Shown here: positions 28,435-38,904 of the stretch, piece after piece | How the letters are laid out: each line of letters opens with the position of its first letter | Numbering within the stretch: the first letter of the stretch is position 1 | Origin: Candidatus Marinacidobacterales bacterium | GTDB lineage: Bacteria > Acidobacteriota > Vicinamibacteria > Marinacidobacterales > DATDRI01 | DNA length: 64,000 nucleotides | Direction of reading: 5' to 3' | NCBI GenBank assembly: GCA_965226495.1 | Contig: OZ245365.1 | Location: 448,001-512,000 of the forward strand | The notes under the pieces: generated by a model | The model's input: the letters and a program-made list of their open reading frames with translations, nothing else | Database searches by the model: none | What the model was told of the DNA's origin: nothing | Made by a program: the position numbers and the translations under genes

Positions 28435-28533
28435 TAGTGGCACGAGGCCCCACCCCCACGCCCGTGGGCTCACGGCTGCGTTCGTTCGCTAGCCGCGACG
28501 CGGCTTTCGCGGCTGCGCGGCAGCTGAGGGCTC
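28435..28533. repeat. palindromic repeat family B, copy overlapping the add 3' end
   Basis: TAGTG..GGCCCCACCCCCA..CAGCTGAGGGCTC (28521-28533). Confidence 0.6.
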
Positions 28534-29517
28534 CCGCAACTGTTCCATTAATTCGCTCTTCGTCGCTTCATCGCACCAAGCCGAGCGGATACCGTTTGCG
28601 ATGAGCGTCTTGACGTCTTCCAGCTCGAAGCCGAAAGTCTCCATTAGTTGCGTGAACTCTGTCTCCAGACTGGTTTCGAACATCTTGGGGTCGTCCGTGT
28701 TGATGGAGACCAAGAGTCCCTTCTCGAAGTATTTCTGGATGGGATGGCTTTCCAGATTCTGCACAACACCCGTCCGGACGTTAGAGATGGGGCAGATCTC
28801 GAGGGGAATCTGCCGTTCCTTCAGATGCTCGACCAGCTTGGCATCTTCGATGGCACGGGTGCCGTGTCCGATTCGCTCGATGCGGAGTGTCTGGAGCGCC
28901 CCCCAGATGCTTTCGGGGCCGGCTGCTTCCCCGGCATGTGCCGTGGTGTGGAAGCCGAGGTCCCTCGCCCTTTCGTAGACGTCGCGATACGGCTCGGGCG
29001 GAAATCGTTGCTCCGAGCCTCCGATTCCGATCCCGATGACTCCCAACTCTTGCACCTCGGCGACTTCCTCGAGCGACCTCGCTCCGATCTCTGGACCGAA
29101 ATCGCGGTTGAGATCCGCGATGAGCTTCACCGTGACCCGATCGGCGTGCTCATCGAGCCCCTTCCTTAGCGCCTCCGTGATCCGTTGCGGCTTCAGCCCA
29201 TGCTCTGCGAAGTCGCCCGGCGTGTAGAAGGCCTCCACGTAGCGAATGTTTTGCGCCACCAAGTCGGCTGCGATACGGTCGGCGAAGAAAGTGAAATCGT
29301 CGTACTCCCGCAGAAAGCCGTTTTTCCATATCCACGTTTCGATGAATTGCGGGAAATCTTTGTATTGGAATCTCGCCTGGAGGTCGGACATTCCTCCGAC
29401 TTCGGAGTCCTTGCCATATTTCTTGATCAGCTCCCAAAGGCAATCGTGTGGGATCGCCCCTTCAAGATGCAGATGGAGCTCGACCTTGGGTAACTTCCGC
29501 AGCGCTTCCGTACTCAC
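28489..29517 (-). CDS. add: adenosine deaminase
   Basis: PKVELHLHLEG, HAGE, RIGHG, CPISN, NTDDP motifs. Confidence 0.9.
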   Translation of the reverse strand: MSTEALRKLPKVELHLHLEGAIPHDCLWELIKKYGKDSEVGGMSDLQARFQYKDFPQFIETWIWKNGFLREYDDFTFFADRIAADLVAQNIRYVEAFYTPGDFAEHGLKPQRITEALRKGLDEHADRVTVKLIADLNRDFGPEIGARSLEEVAEVQELGVIGIGIGGSEQRFPPEPYRDVYERARDLGFHTTAHAGEAAGPESIWGALQTLRIERIGHGTRAIEDAKLVEHLKERQIPLEICPISNVRTGVVQNLESHPIQKYFEKGLLVSINTDDPKMFETSLETEFTQLMETFGFELEDVKTLIANGIRSAWCDEATKSELMEQLREPSAAAQPRKPRRG

Positions 29518-30935
29518 CGGTCGTTTCCTTCAAGGCTCTGGAGGATGCGTGCTTGGAGCTCTCGCGCCTTGGCCATGACTTCGTCGACGTCGACGGTCGT
29601 CACCTTTCCGTCACGGACCACGAAAGCCCCTCCGACCAATACGGTTCCTACGTGACCCCCCTTAATGATGTAAACGAGGTGGGAGTAGACATCGTAGAGT
29701 GGAGTCAGCTCCGGCACGTTGGCATCGATGAGCACGATGTCGGCCAACTTGCCGGGCTCGATCGACCCGACCGACTTCTCGAGGCCGAGAGCCTTTGCTC
29801 CACCCAGCGTGGCCAGCTCGAAGACTTTTTTCGCCGACATCACCGTCGGATCCTCTTTGGTGAGCTTGTGAAGCTTCGCTGCGGTATCCATCTCCTCGAA
29901 CATGTCGAGATTGTTGTTGCTGGCCGGCCCGTCGGTCCCTAGACCCACGGTCACACCGGCGGCGATCAGATCGGGAACGCGGGCCACTCCCGAGGCGGTC
30001 TTCATGTTGCTTTCGGGGTTGTGGGATGTGGCTGCTCCGCCTCGAGCGATTCGCTCGATGTCTTCATCGGACAACCAGATCGAGTGGTGCAAGATGACGC
30101 CGGGAGACAAAATCCCCGCATCATCGAGGGCGGCGATCGTTTCCTTGCCCAATTGCTCCTTGACCGTCTGATTCTCCGTCGGCGCTTCCACCGCGTGGAT
30201 CTGAAAAGGGACTTCGTAACGTTGGGCAAGCTGGTAGGCACTCTCGACGACTTCCAGAGACGTTGTATAGAGGGCGTGTGGTGCAACCGACGGAGTCACG
30301 CGCGGGTGGTCTTTATATTGTTTGATGAATTCCTCGGTGCCCACCAACGCCTCTTCGGGCGTTGGGTAATCCGGCGCCGGAAAGCCGATAATGGTCTGAC
30401 CGAGCACGCCTCGCAGCCCTGCCTCGTTGGTGGCTCTGGCCACCTCCTCTTCGAAGTAGTACTGGTCGGTAAAGGTCGTCGTTCCGCTTCGTGCCATTTC
30501 AATGCACCCGAGAAGGCTTCCCCAGTAGACGAACTCCGGCGAGACGTTCTTCCCCTCGGCCGGGAAGATGTAGCCCTCGAGCCATTCCATCAGCCTGAGA
30601 TCGTCGGCGATGCCTCGCAGCAACGTCATGGGGATGTGACCGTGCGTATTGACCAGGCCCGGAATCACGAGATGCCCGTTGGCGTCTATGGTCTCGCGCG
30701 CCGGAGGAATCGGTTCACCGGCTTCGAGCACGGCTTCAATCGTCTCGCCACGAACGACGACCGCGCCCCCTTCTAGGATTCGTCTCCCCGGGTCCATGGT
30801 GACCACGGTCCCTCCCCGTATAACGATGTCCGCGATGTCCGCGTTGTCGGCCCCTCCGGCGGGCGTGTCCGCTGGCGGAGTTTGGCAAGTAGACAGCAAG
30901 AATAAGCACCAAATACCAATTAGAATTTTTCTCAT
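29514..30935 (-). CDS. amidohydrolase, MTA/SAH deaminase (MtaD)-like, with lipoprotein signal
   Basis: PGLVNTHGH, APHALYT, HNPESNMK, GTDG..SNN, GKLAD; N-terminal LLSTC lipobox-like. Confidence 0.85.
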   Translation of the reverse strand: MRKILIGIWCLFLLSTCQTPPADTPAGGADNADIADIVIRGGTVVTMDPGRRILEGGAVVVRGETIEAVLEAGEPIPPARETIDANGHLVIPGLVNTHGHIPMTLLRGIADDLRLMEWLEGYIFPAEGKNVSPEFVYWGSLLGCIEMARSGTTTFTDQYYFEEEVARATNEAGLRGVLGQTIIGFPAPDYPTPEEALVGTEEFIKQYKDHPRVTPSVAPHALYTTSLEVVESAYQLAQRYEVPFQIHAVEAPTENQTVKEQLGKETIAALDDAGILSPGVILHHSIWLSDEDIERIARGGAATSHNPESNMKTASGVARVPDLIAAGVTVGLGTDGPASNNNLDMFEEMDTAAKLHKLTKEDPTVMSAKKVFELATLGGAKALGLEKSVGSIEPGKLADIVLIDANVPELTPLYDVYSHLVYIIKGGHVGTVLVGGAFVVRDGKVTTVDVDEVMAKARELQARILQSLEGNDR

Positions 30936-32722
30936 TCACTTTCCTCACGTTGGCGCATGCGCAGAGTCCGCAGCCGGTTGATGGCAGCCGCGATTTCGTA
31001 CTTCCGGGGTCGAGCGAAGTTGCCAGGATGATGTCCGGGACGGCGAAAGGGATCAAGGAGGTCCAACCCGTCTTCGTCGAAGACGCGGTCCACCTGTTCC
31101 AAGATTTCACGGAGGGTACGGTCGGCGTCCATGAACTGTCCCGCCGCAAGTTGAATGACGTGTCCGATGGCTCGCGTCTGGCTCGAGTCCACGAGCTGCT
31201 CGGCGGCTCGTAGATCGATCCGCTCTCGTCCGAACAGGATAAGGTCTACCGCTTTGATGTCGATTTTGACGTCGCGCCGGCCGCGAGAAGGATCGATGCC
31301 TTTCGCTAGCGGGATGCGGCCTATGTTGCGGGGTAGAGGGCTCCCCGCCTCGATGGAGCGTTGGGTCGGTTGGGCTTTCGCTATTTGCTTTGCTTCCTCG
31401 GTCACTTCGTACGGTAGAAAGTCTCTCATTAGCACGACGTTGTCTGCGGAGTCGAAGTAGTCTCCCGACCCTCCCATAACGAGAATCGTGGAGACACCGA
31501 GCGTATCGTAGAGCTCGCGCACTCGATCCAGAAAGGGTGTGATCGGCTCATGCTCCTTGTGCACTAGCGCCTGCATCCGAGAATCTCGGACCATGAAGTT
31601 GGTGGCCGACGTGTCCTCATCCAGAAGGAGGGTGGTGGCGCCGACTTCCAGCGCTTCCATGATATTGGCGGCTTGAGAGGTGCTTCCGCTGGCGTCTTCT
31701 GTGGAGAACGTTTCGGTGCTCCGCCCGAAAGGAAGATTGGTAATGAAGGGGCTGATATTGACCTGTTCCACACGCCTTCCGTCCTCGGCTCGGATCTTGA
31801 CCGCATCCCGGTCGGTGACGACGACCTCTCGGCCGTCTCCGGGAATGTGTGGGTAAACACCTCGCTCGAGCGCCTTCAGTAGTGTGGACTTGCCGTGGTA
31901 GCCGCCGCCCACAATGAGCGTGACCCCGCGCGGAATCCCCATTCCGGAGATCGAGCGAGTGGAGCCGTCATCTCCGCGAACCGCATGGAGTAGATCGATG
32001 GTGACTCGCAAGGAAGCCGGCGCGCGAAAGGGGACTGCCTCCTTCGTACCGAGCGGTCGGTCGCTGGCACCACTCTCGCGGGGAAGGCTCGCCCCGTCCC
32101 CCACGAAAGTGATGAGACCGAGCTCAACGAGCTTCTGTCGAATGTGTTCCTGGTTCTCGATACAATCGACGAACTCCCGACCCTCAGTTTCTGAGACATT
32201 CTTCCAGAGCAAGGAGCGCTCGAGCACTTTGGGAAGCTCACGACACAGGATGGTCTCCGCCTGGCGTCCGAGAATGTTGCGTCCGGAAGCGGGAAGGCCG
32301 ACTTGGATGCGTGCCTCGACCCAGTCCGGCGTCACGCGGAGGGCGGTGCGCTCGAGAACCTCTTGTCCTCCTACGTCGATGGTGACGATGCCGCTCTTGC
32401 CAGTCCCTCGCCGCCCCTCCACCTCGCGCCGGATGGCATGGTGCACCTCTCGGCAAAGAAAATCCTGCAGGGCCAGTCGGCGGACGGGGTTATCGAAAAG
32501 AGCCGGTGGGACCTGAGACAGTTTTTGCGGCACTCTTAGCCGTACCTTGCTGGGAGTGGCGAAGGGGTCGCCCTGTACGTGGTCGATGTGGAGCGTCCAT
32601 CCCTGTTTCTGAGCCTCGCCCTGGCCCTCGCTCTCGTACGTCCCCGCGATTTCCTTATATGCCTTGTAGCCGCGCCCATCGATTCGATCGAGGAGCAGGT
32701 GGAGATCGTTCAGGTTCGGCAT
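30932..32722 (-). CDS. ABC-class ATPase domain protein (PF09818/MRB1590-like, not a transporter subunit)
   Basis: YKAYK, HVQGDPFA, GGGYHGKS Walker A, ASGSTSQAA, LLLDEDTSATNFM, AAINRLR. Confidence 0.85.
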   Translation of the reverse strand: MPNLNDLHLLLDRIDGRGYKAYKEIAGTYESEGQGEAQKQGWTLHIDHVQGDPFATPSKVRLRVPQKLSQVPPALFDNPVRRLALQDFLCREVHHAIRREVEGRRGTGKSGIVTIDVGGQEVLERTALRVTPDWVEARIQVGLPASGRNILGRQAETILCRELPKVLERSLLWKNVSETEGREFVDCIENQEHIRQKLVELGLITFVGDGASLPRESGASDRPLGTKEAVPFRAPASLRVTIDLLHAVRGDDGSTRSISGMGIPRGVTLIVGGGYHGKSTLLKALERGVYPHIPGDGREVVVTDRDAVKIRAEDGRRVEQVNISPFITNLPFGRSTETFSTEDASGSTSQAANIMEALEVGATTLLLDEDTSATNFMVRDSRMQALVHKEHEPITPFLDRVRELYDTLGVSTILVMGGSGDYFDSADNVVLMRDFLPYEVTEEAKQIAKAQPTQRSIEAGSPLPRNIGRIPLAKGIDPSRGRRDVKIDIKAVDLILFGRERIDLRAAEQLVDSSQTRAIGHVIQLAAGQFMDADRTLREILEQVDRVFDEDGLDLLDPFRRPGHHPGNFARPRKYEIAAAINRLRTLRMRQREESE

Positions 32723-32791
32723 ATACGCCAGACAGTTTACCCCGTACCGAAACCCCCAGGTTAGATTGTCTAGCGAGGTTTGGTACGGAGT

Positions 32792-34930
32792 TTACTGGAA
32801 TTCGATGGCGCCAGCCTCCTCCGCGTTCGTCAGATATTGCTCGACCTTGGTGAGGGAGGTCTCTCCGTAGTAGAAGGAACCAGCCGATTGGGCCTGGGCG
32901 CTCACCGCTAGGAAGATATCGAGGATGCTTCGCTGCCCGTCCACAAAGTTCAAGACTTCCTCTTGCATAAAAGGATGAAGCCCCGGTACCGGTTTGGTAT
33001 GACCCGAGGATTTCAGGTACTCACCGATGGTTCCTACCTTGCGAGGGATCCTCTGATTCAATTGTTTCTCTTGGGGAGTCCGTTCCAGTGAAGGTAGCGG
33101 TCCACCCCCCGAGGCGGCGAGATAGACACTGTCGAGAAGAGTGGTCCACTCGCTCTCCCTTTGCCCGAGTGCGTCGGCCGTCGTCTGGATCAGTCGGCTC
33201 CCCGCACTTCCCGGCGTCGCGAAGACGGAGACCGAGCGCAAGGCGGTCTGCTCTCGTTCCACCGCTTGCGCGATAAGGTTCCGTGCATTTCGATAGGACG
33301 CCGCCCTGTCGTCCGCGTTCGACGTTTGCAACAGCCGGCTCGCCGTCCCCACGTCGCGTCCGATCCTGCCGAGCGCTCTTCCGTAGACCTCCGACGTCAG
33401 CGCGGGAATCTCCGCTTCGCCCGCATCGGCGATGTACAGTGCCGCCGCCGCGACGAGGAGCGCGTTCCGCTTCATCTGGGTCGAGTCCACGTTCCACATG
33501 TCATCGGCCGAGGAGTGAATGAACGGATCCGGCCAGTTGGTGAGCGTGACACCGGGAATACCGATGATCGAGTTCACGAACACGATGTGATCGGTCATGC
33601 CGTGGTAGGGCACCACCATCGCGTTATAGCGATCTCGTGTCCCGAGCGGTGCCAAGACCGGCCGCGAATAACGCGTTCCCCGCGTGAAGTTGCCCGCGGT
33701 CCGAACCGCGAGAAACGCCGTGTTGCCTTGAATCAAAGACTGGGCGATCGATTCCACCACGTCGCTCAGATAGCTCGGCATGGAGTTGGGAGTCCGCGTG
33801 ATCATTTGGACACGGTTTCCATACGACTGGTTCGCTCCGACCATGTCCTGGCTGATGTTGACCAACATCTGTTCGCGCTCTTCGGGATGATCCACAAAGT
33901 AGCGGTACTCGCTCGAAATTTCCGTCGCCCACCAAAAACGAATGTCGCGGCGGGGGCGAGCGAGGCGTCCTTCATCTATCGCCTTCTCTATCACGCGAGC
34001 GATCTCCAGGAGGTTCACACAACCACTACCGTCGTCGTTGGCCGAGGGCTTTTCCTCTTGCAGGTGCGCGGTCAAAACGATGTCTTGATCGTGGATCTCG
34101 CTTCCGGGAATGACGTACTCGATCATTTCCATCCACTGCTCGGGATCGACCCTAGATTCTACCCGCGCCTTCAGGACTACTTTTTGCGGCTCGGCAACGC
34201 TCATATTGAAGACGTCCCCCGAGAAACCACCGTTGACCAGTTTCTGTAACCAGATCCCCGTGCGAGGCGAGATCATGAAGGCGAACGTCGGTTCCTGCTC
34301 GCCGCCCCCCAAGCCTTCCATGAGCCCGATGGAAACCTGATCCGCTCCTTCGATGATTGGGTGGACGCGGCTCGACCAGGACGAAATGACACCCAAGGCG
34401 CCACGTTTCAAAACCGCCTCCGCCATAACCAACGGCGTCAGGCCCGAGGCGAGAACCAGCTTGCCTTCGACTTCCTTCCCCTCGTAGTCCGCATCCGTCG
34501 TGCCGCCGCCCACGTCCACCAGCTCGGCGGTGACGTCGGCCGGACGCGAATGGTCGGCGAGCGCTGTCGCCACTTCCCAGTTGTCGGCCAGCTTGATCTC
34601 CTCCGGCTCCACCATCCAGAGCTCGGAGTGTCCGGGGCTCCAGGCTGGCTGATTGCTTTCCTGGCGAATGAGCTCGATGCCTTCGAGCCCGTACTCCTGG
34701 GCCTTCTCGATGATGAACTGTGCGGCCTCGTGGAACCCCTGGGAGCCTCCCGGCCGGTGGTATCGCGTTACCACCTTCAGGTTGTCCTTGGCGATGTCTC
34801 CCGAGAGCTCGTTATTGAGTAGCCGGAAAGTCTTTTCGTCGACGAACGTCGATTCTTGAGCGGAAACGGAGGTGCCCAGCAAAAAGCCGACAAAGATAAA
34901 CACGGGAACAGTAGGCGAGAATAGTCTCAT
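32792..34930 (-). CDS. secreted M28-family metallopeptidase (PA/DUF4910-like)
   Basis: Signal peptide, PA-like insert, AHL, ANDDGSG, E, DMVG, TDH, HSSAD. Confidence 0.8.
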   Translation of the reverse strand: MRLFSPTVPVFIFVGFLLGTSVSAQESTFVDEKTFRLLNNELSGDIAKDNLKVVTRYHRPGGSQGFHEAAQFIIEKAQEYGLEGIELIRQESNQPAWSPGHSELWMVEPEEIKLADNWEVATALADHSRPADVTAELVDVGGGTTDADYEGKEVEGKLVLASGLTPLVMAEAVLKRGALGVISSWSSRVHPIIEGADQVSIGLMEGLGGGEQEPTFAFMISPRTGIWLQKLVNGGFSGDVFNMSVAEPQKVVLKARVESRVDPEQWMEMIEYVIPGSEIHDQDIVLTAHLQEEKPSANDDGSGCVNLLEIARVIEKAIDEGRLARPRRDIRFWWATEISSEYRYFVDHPEEREQMLVNISQDMVGANQSYGNRVQMITRTPNSMPSYLSDVVESIAQSLIQGNTAFLAVRTAGNFTRGTRYSRPVLAPLGTRDRYNAMVVPYHGMTDHIVFVNSIIGIPGVTLTNWPDPFIHSSADDMWNVDSTQMKRNALLVAAAALYIADAGEAEIPALTSEVYGRALGRIGRDVGTASRLLQTSNADDRAASYRNARNLIAQAVEREQTALRSVSVFATPGSAGSRLIQTTADALGQRESEWTTLLDSVYLAASGGGPLPSLERTPQEKQLNQRIPRKVGTIGEYLKSSGHTKPVPGLHPFMQEEVLNFVDGQRSILDIFLAVSAQAQSAGSFYYGETSLTKVEQYLTNAEEAGAIEFQ

Positions 34931-34989
34931 AGCAAAGGCTCCAGGATAGGAGTACGTGATTTTCGGAGGAAAAGTTCGAAGCGAGTCAG

Positions 34990-36354
34990 TCAGGAACGGT
35001 CCTCACCGCGCGTTGGCACAGCTAGTGTTAACTCGGAATCCTCGGCCTCTGCAACACGACGTCCCTCTTCGACATCCACCCGGCTCAGGAAAAACATGCC
35101 GCTGGCAAAGAATCCGATGAGAGAGAGGATGGCGAGGCGGCTTCCCCCGGCGAGCTGGCTGACCACCGCGAACACGAGGGGCCCGATGATGTTCCCGAAC
35201 TTTCCGCTGATGCTGTAGAAGCCGAAGAACTCGGACGATTTTCCTCGCGGCACCATCGCAGTAAAGAGAGAACGGCTTAAGGCCTGGCTTCCTCCCTGTA
35301 CCATGCCCACCGCACAAGCGAGTGCCCAGAAGTGCGTGGCGGTGGTCATGAAATAGCCCAAGATCGAAATGCCGGTGTAAACGAAGAGTGCGATATAGAG
35401 GCCATTCTTGGCCCCAATGCGAGATGCCAGCGCGCCATAGGCAAACGTGAAGGGAATACCCATGAACTGAACGAGGAGCATCGCCCCGATCAAATGAGTC
35501 TGGCCAATCCCGATCTCGGCGCCGTAAATCGTCGCCATCTTGATGATGGTCATGATGCCGTCGTTGTAGAGCCAGAACGCGACGAGAAAGAGAAAGATCT
35601 GTCGATGCTGCCGAATCTCTTTAAAGGTTTCTATGACGCGGTTGAAGCCGACTCTGATGGGGTTCATCTTGAGGAGCTCGTCCTGCTCCAGTCGGCGCGG
35701 CGGTTCGGGGACGGTGCGGAAAATGGGAATCGCGAAGATCGCCCACCACAGAGCCACGCTGGCGAAGGCGAACTTGGAGGCTTGGGTTTCATCCGTCATG
35801 CCGAACTTTTCAGGCCACGTGATCCACGCGAGCTGGACGGCAAGCAGCAATCCTCCACCCACGTAACCGATGGCGTAGCCTGCCGTCGAAACGCGATCGA
35901 CTTCGTCGGACTTGGCGACGTGCGGCAGGAGGGACTCGTAGAACACGTTACCGGCCGCGAAACCGATGTTGCCGATAATGAACACGGCGGAAGCGAAGAA
36001 CCACTGCCCCTCGCCGGTAAAGTAAAGGAGAAAAGAGCCCACCACACCCATGCCGGCGAAACCGGCGAGGAATTTCTTTTTGGCACCGAGGTAATCGGCG
36101 GTCGCGCCTAGAACCGGCGAAATGAGGGCGATGATGACGAGCGCCACCGTCTGCGTATAACCCCAGTAGACGGTGCGCAGGTTCTCCGGAAGCGAGTTGG
36201 CGGCGTACCCGTGGTAGAAGATTGGCAGCACGGTAGCCATGATGGAAGTCGCGAAGGCCGAGTTGGCCCAGTCGTACATCGCCCAAGCTCTGAGCTCACG
36301 ACGGTGGAGACCAAGGGTTTCGAGCCAGGAGAGACGCTGAGCCGACGGAGGCAC
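34990..36354 (-). CDS. MFS transporter (UMF1/Atg22-like)
   Basis: [34 protein letters not shown]; many TM segments. Confidence 0.9.
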   Translation of the reverse strand: MPPSAQRLSWLETLGLHRRELRAWAMYDWANSAFATSIMATVLPIFYHGYAANSLPENLRTVYWGYTQTVALVIIALISPVLGATADYLGAKKKFLAGFAGMGVVGSFLLYFTGEGQWFFASAVFIIGNIGFAAGNVFYESLLPHVAKSDEVDRVSTAGYAIGYVGGGLLLAVQLAWITWPEKFGMTDETQASKFAFASVALWWAIFAIPIFRTVPEPPRRLEQDELLKMNPIRVGFNRVIETFKEIRQHRQIFLFLVAFWLYNDGIMTIIKMATIYGAEIGIGQTHLIGAMLLVQFMGIPFTFAYGALASRIGAKNGLYIALFVYTGISILGYFMTTATHFWALACAVGMVQGGSQALSRSLFTAMVPRGKSSEFFGFYSISGKFGNIIGPLVFAVVSQLAGGSRLAILSLIGFFASGMFFLSRVDVEEGRRVAEAEDSELTLAVPTRGEDRS

Positions 36355-36391
36355 GATGCGACCTATGCTACCAGATCCAGGCTCACTGCTC

Positions 36392-36400
36392 TGGTATAAT
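36392..36400 (+). promoter_or_regulatory. extended -10 promoter element
   Basis: TGG-TATAAT just upstream of the GGAGG RBS of the sulfite oxidase gene. Confidence 0.5.
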
Positions 36401-36423
36401 CGCCGTCCATTCGGAGGTTGAAG

Positions 36424-37653
36424 ATGACGTGGAATGGGCGAAGAAGATTTCTCGGCGTGCTCGGTTCGAGCACGTTGGGCATGTACTTCTGGGGTGCGAA
36501 AGGGTCTCCGCCTGCAAATGTGGTCCTGGCTCAGGAGCCCGACCCTCTTGCCGTCGAAGACCCGCTCCTAGGGAAAGACCGGCTCACCGTTATGAGCGAC
36601 CGCCCTCTCACCGCCGAGACCCCGGTGACGCTCCTCGACGATGAGGTGACCCCCAACTCGCGCCATTTCGTACGCAACAACGGTCGCCTTCCCGAGCGTG
36701 CCCGCACCGGCGATCTTTCTGATTGGACCCTCACCGTCGACGGCGAAGTCGATGCGCCGCTCTCGCTAGGACTCGATGATTTGAAGCAGCGCTTCGAGAA
36801 TCGGCGGGCGGCGCTGGTTATCGAATGCGCGGGTAACGGCCGCGCCGGGTACAACCCACCGGCCTCGGGCAATCAGTGGACGCTCGGTGCGGTTGGTTGT
36901 GCCAACTACGCGGGGGTGCGACTCAAAGACGTCCTCCAAGAGGCGGGTCTGAAGACGACCGCGGTTTTCGTCGCCTACTATGGCGAAGACCCTCACTTGA
37001 GCGGTGACACCGAAAGGGTGCCCATCTCGCGTGGCATCCCGATCGAAAAGGCGCTTGATGAGAACACTCTGCTGGCGTGGGAAATGAACGGCGTGCCTTT
37101 GCCGCCCGAGCACGGCTTTCCTCTACGTCTGGTGGCACCGGGCCGGCCGGGCTCGGCATCCGGTAAGTGGCTTCGCCGGCTTTGGGTCAGGGACCAGGAG
37201 CACGACGGTCCCAAGATGACCGGGCACTCCTACCGCATGCCCAAGTATCCGGTCGCGCCTGGTACCGAGGTTCCAGAAGAAGACATGAAGATGATCGAGG
37301 CCATGCCGGTGAAGTCCATCATCACCCGACCGGAGACGGGAATGAAGCTTCGATTCGGCGAGCCGCTCGCACTACGAGGGCACGCCTGGTGCGGCGATGG
37401 AGCGGTCAAAGAAATGCACGTGAGTTTCGACTTCGCCGCCACATGGAAACGAGCCTCCCTCGCCGAACCCAGCAACCCTTTCGCTTGGCAGCGGTGGGAG
37501 GCGACCCTTGAGTTCCCCACGCCTGGCTATTACGAAGTCTGGGCCCGTGCGACGGACCACCTGGGTCGACAACAGCCCATGGTGGTCCCGGGCTGGAATC
37601 CACGAGGCTATCTCAATAACGCCATGCAGCGGATCTCGGTGCGGGTGTCCTGA
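36424..37653 (+). CDS. Tat-exported sulfite oxidase-family molybdoenzyme (SorA/SorT-like)
   Basis: GRRRFLG Tat motif, FVRNNG, ECAGNGR Mo-ligand Cys, [19 protein letters not shown]. Confidence 0.85.
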   Translation: MTWNGRRRFLGVLGSSTLGMYFWGAKGSPPANVVLAQEPDPLAVEDPLLGKDRLTVMSDRPLTAETPVTLLDDEVTPNSRHFVRNNGRLPERARTGDLSDWTLTVDGEVDAPLSLGLDDLKQRFENRRAALVIECAGNGRAGYNPPASGNQWTLGAVGCANYAGVRLKDVLQEAGLKTTAVFVAYYGEDPHLSGDTERVPISRGIPIEKALDENTLLAWEMNGVPLPPEHGFPLRLVAPGRPGSASGKWLRRLWVRDQEHDGPKMTGHSYRMPKYPVAPGTEVPEEDMKMIEAMPVKSIITRPETGMKLRFGEPLALRGHAWCGDGAVKEMHVSFDFAATWKRASLAEPSNPFAWQRWEATLEFPTPGYYEVWARATDHLGRQQPMVVPGWNPRGYLNNAMQRISVRVS

Positions 37654-37696
37654 CCGCCCCACAGCCTGACCGCCCCACAGCCTGACAGCTTGACAG
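37649..37696. repeat. short tandem duplication
   Basis: CCTGACCGCCCCACAG twice, followed by cctgacag and cttgacag. Confidence 0.6.
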
Positions 37697-37701
37697 AAAC
37701 G

Positions 37702-38079
37702 ATGCGAAAAGTACTCATCGCGGCCGTCGCGGTCGTCCTGCTCGCGGTCGGTATCGTCGCCTTGCTCGAGTTTCGCCCTGCTCCGGAAGACGATCTCGCT
37801 CAGGGTTTGAAGCCCGGCGAAGGCCGGCAGCTGGTCCTGACGCACTGCGTTCCGTGCCATTCGACGACGCTCGTCGTGACGTACCGCACGTCTCGCGAGG
37901 GTTGGGACGAGGTCATTACTCGGATGCAGACAGAAGAAGGCCTTTGGTCGTTCACCACCGAAGATCGGAAGGCGCTTCTCGACTACCTCGAAGCAACACA
38001 AGGCCCGATGGACTCGGAAGAGCTAGTCCGGGCAACTCCCTGGGCCGAGCCTCTCTACAAACCCAATCCCATCTGGTAA
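37702..38079 (+). CDS. membrane-anchored monoheme cytochrome c (SorB/SorU-like)
   Basis: TM, CVPCH heme motif, W..RM axial ligand; follows the molybdoenzyme. Confidence 0.85.
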   Translation: MRKVLIAAVAVVLLAVGIVALLEFRPAPEDDLAQGLKPGEGRQLVLTHCVPCHSTTLVVTYRTSREGWDEVITRMQTEEGLWSFTTEDRKALLDYLEATQGPMDSEELVRATPWAEPLYKPNPIW

Positions 38080-38088
38080 GAGCAGCGC

Positions 38089-38535
38089 TCAGCTCTCTAC
38101 TTCCCGCTCCAAAGACGCGATCGCTTCGCGAATGGAGTCGGGGAGGTCGGCTTTTTTTCCGTTCTCGTAGTCGTAGCACACGACCGAGCCTTCTCCCTCC
38201 GCCGCTACTTTAGCGAGCTTGTGGCTTACGAGGCGATAGTATGTGACGAAACGATCGACCTCTATGTCGTCAACGCGAATGCCGACCGAGACTTGGTCCG
38301 GGAAGACCAGCGGTATTCGAAAATCGCAGCGTGTCGACGCGAGGATAGGACCTAGACCGGTGCGTTCTTTTTCTCCCAGGAAACCGATCCGTTCCAGATA
38401 AACCATGCGGGCACTTTCGAAGTACCGGAAGTAAATAATGTTGTTGACGTGGCCCATCGAATCCATCTCTCCCCAAGCCACTGGAATCTCAATCACCACT
38501 GGGAACTTCGCCAGGAGCCGGCCGAGTTCGTCCAT
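38089..38535 (-). CDS. acyl-CoA thioesterase (4HBT/YbgC family)
   Basis: WGEMDSMGHVNNIIYFRYFESAR. Confidence 0.9.
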   Translation of the reverse strand: MDELGRLLAKFPVVIEIPVAWGEMDSMGHVNNIIYFRYFESARMVYLERIGFLGEKERTGLGPILASTRCDFRIPLVFPDQVSVGIRVDDIEVDRFVTYYRLVSHKLAKVAAEGEGSVVCYDYENGKKADLPDSIREAIASLEREVES

Positions 38536-38667
38536 GAGTTCTTATCCCTCCCGAGTACCGCCAAAGTATCAAATTGTCTCCGAGTGCTTCAAGCCCTCAA
38601 GTGTACGTATAAGTACATATATCATATATACTTGTGAGGCGCTGCCGTTAGTCGCTTCTCTGCGAGG

Positions 38668-38696
38668 TTGACGAATCGCCGCGTCGAGGCGATAAT
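38668..38696 (+). promoter_or_regulatory. sigma70-type promoter upstream of the SLT gene
   Basis: TTGACG-17 bp-GATAAT. Confidence 0.55.
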
Positions 38697-38904
38697 GACT
38701 GGACCCCAACCTAGAAGAACCCAGTTCCTTAATAATAATTCTGATCTTCCGAAGACCGCATCGTTTTATCGAGAGCTGGTTTGGCTCCCGAAACGAGGCA
38801 CGAGGCAAGTTGACATCGACGTCTCGCAAACGAAGCACGAGAGGAAAGCTTCGTAGGCGGATAGCAGTACGGGAACGCCTCTATCCTGATTCCGGAGGTT
38901 CTGG

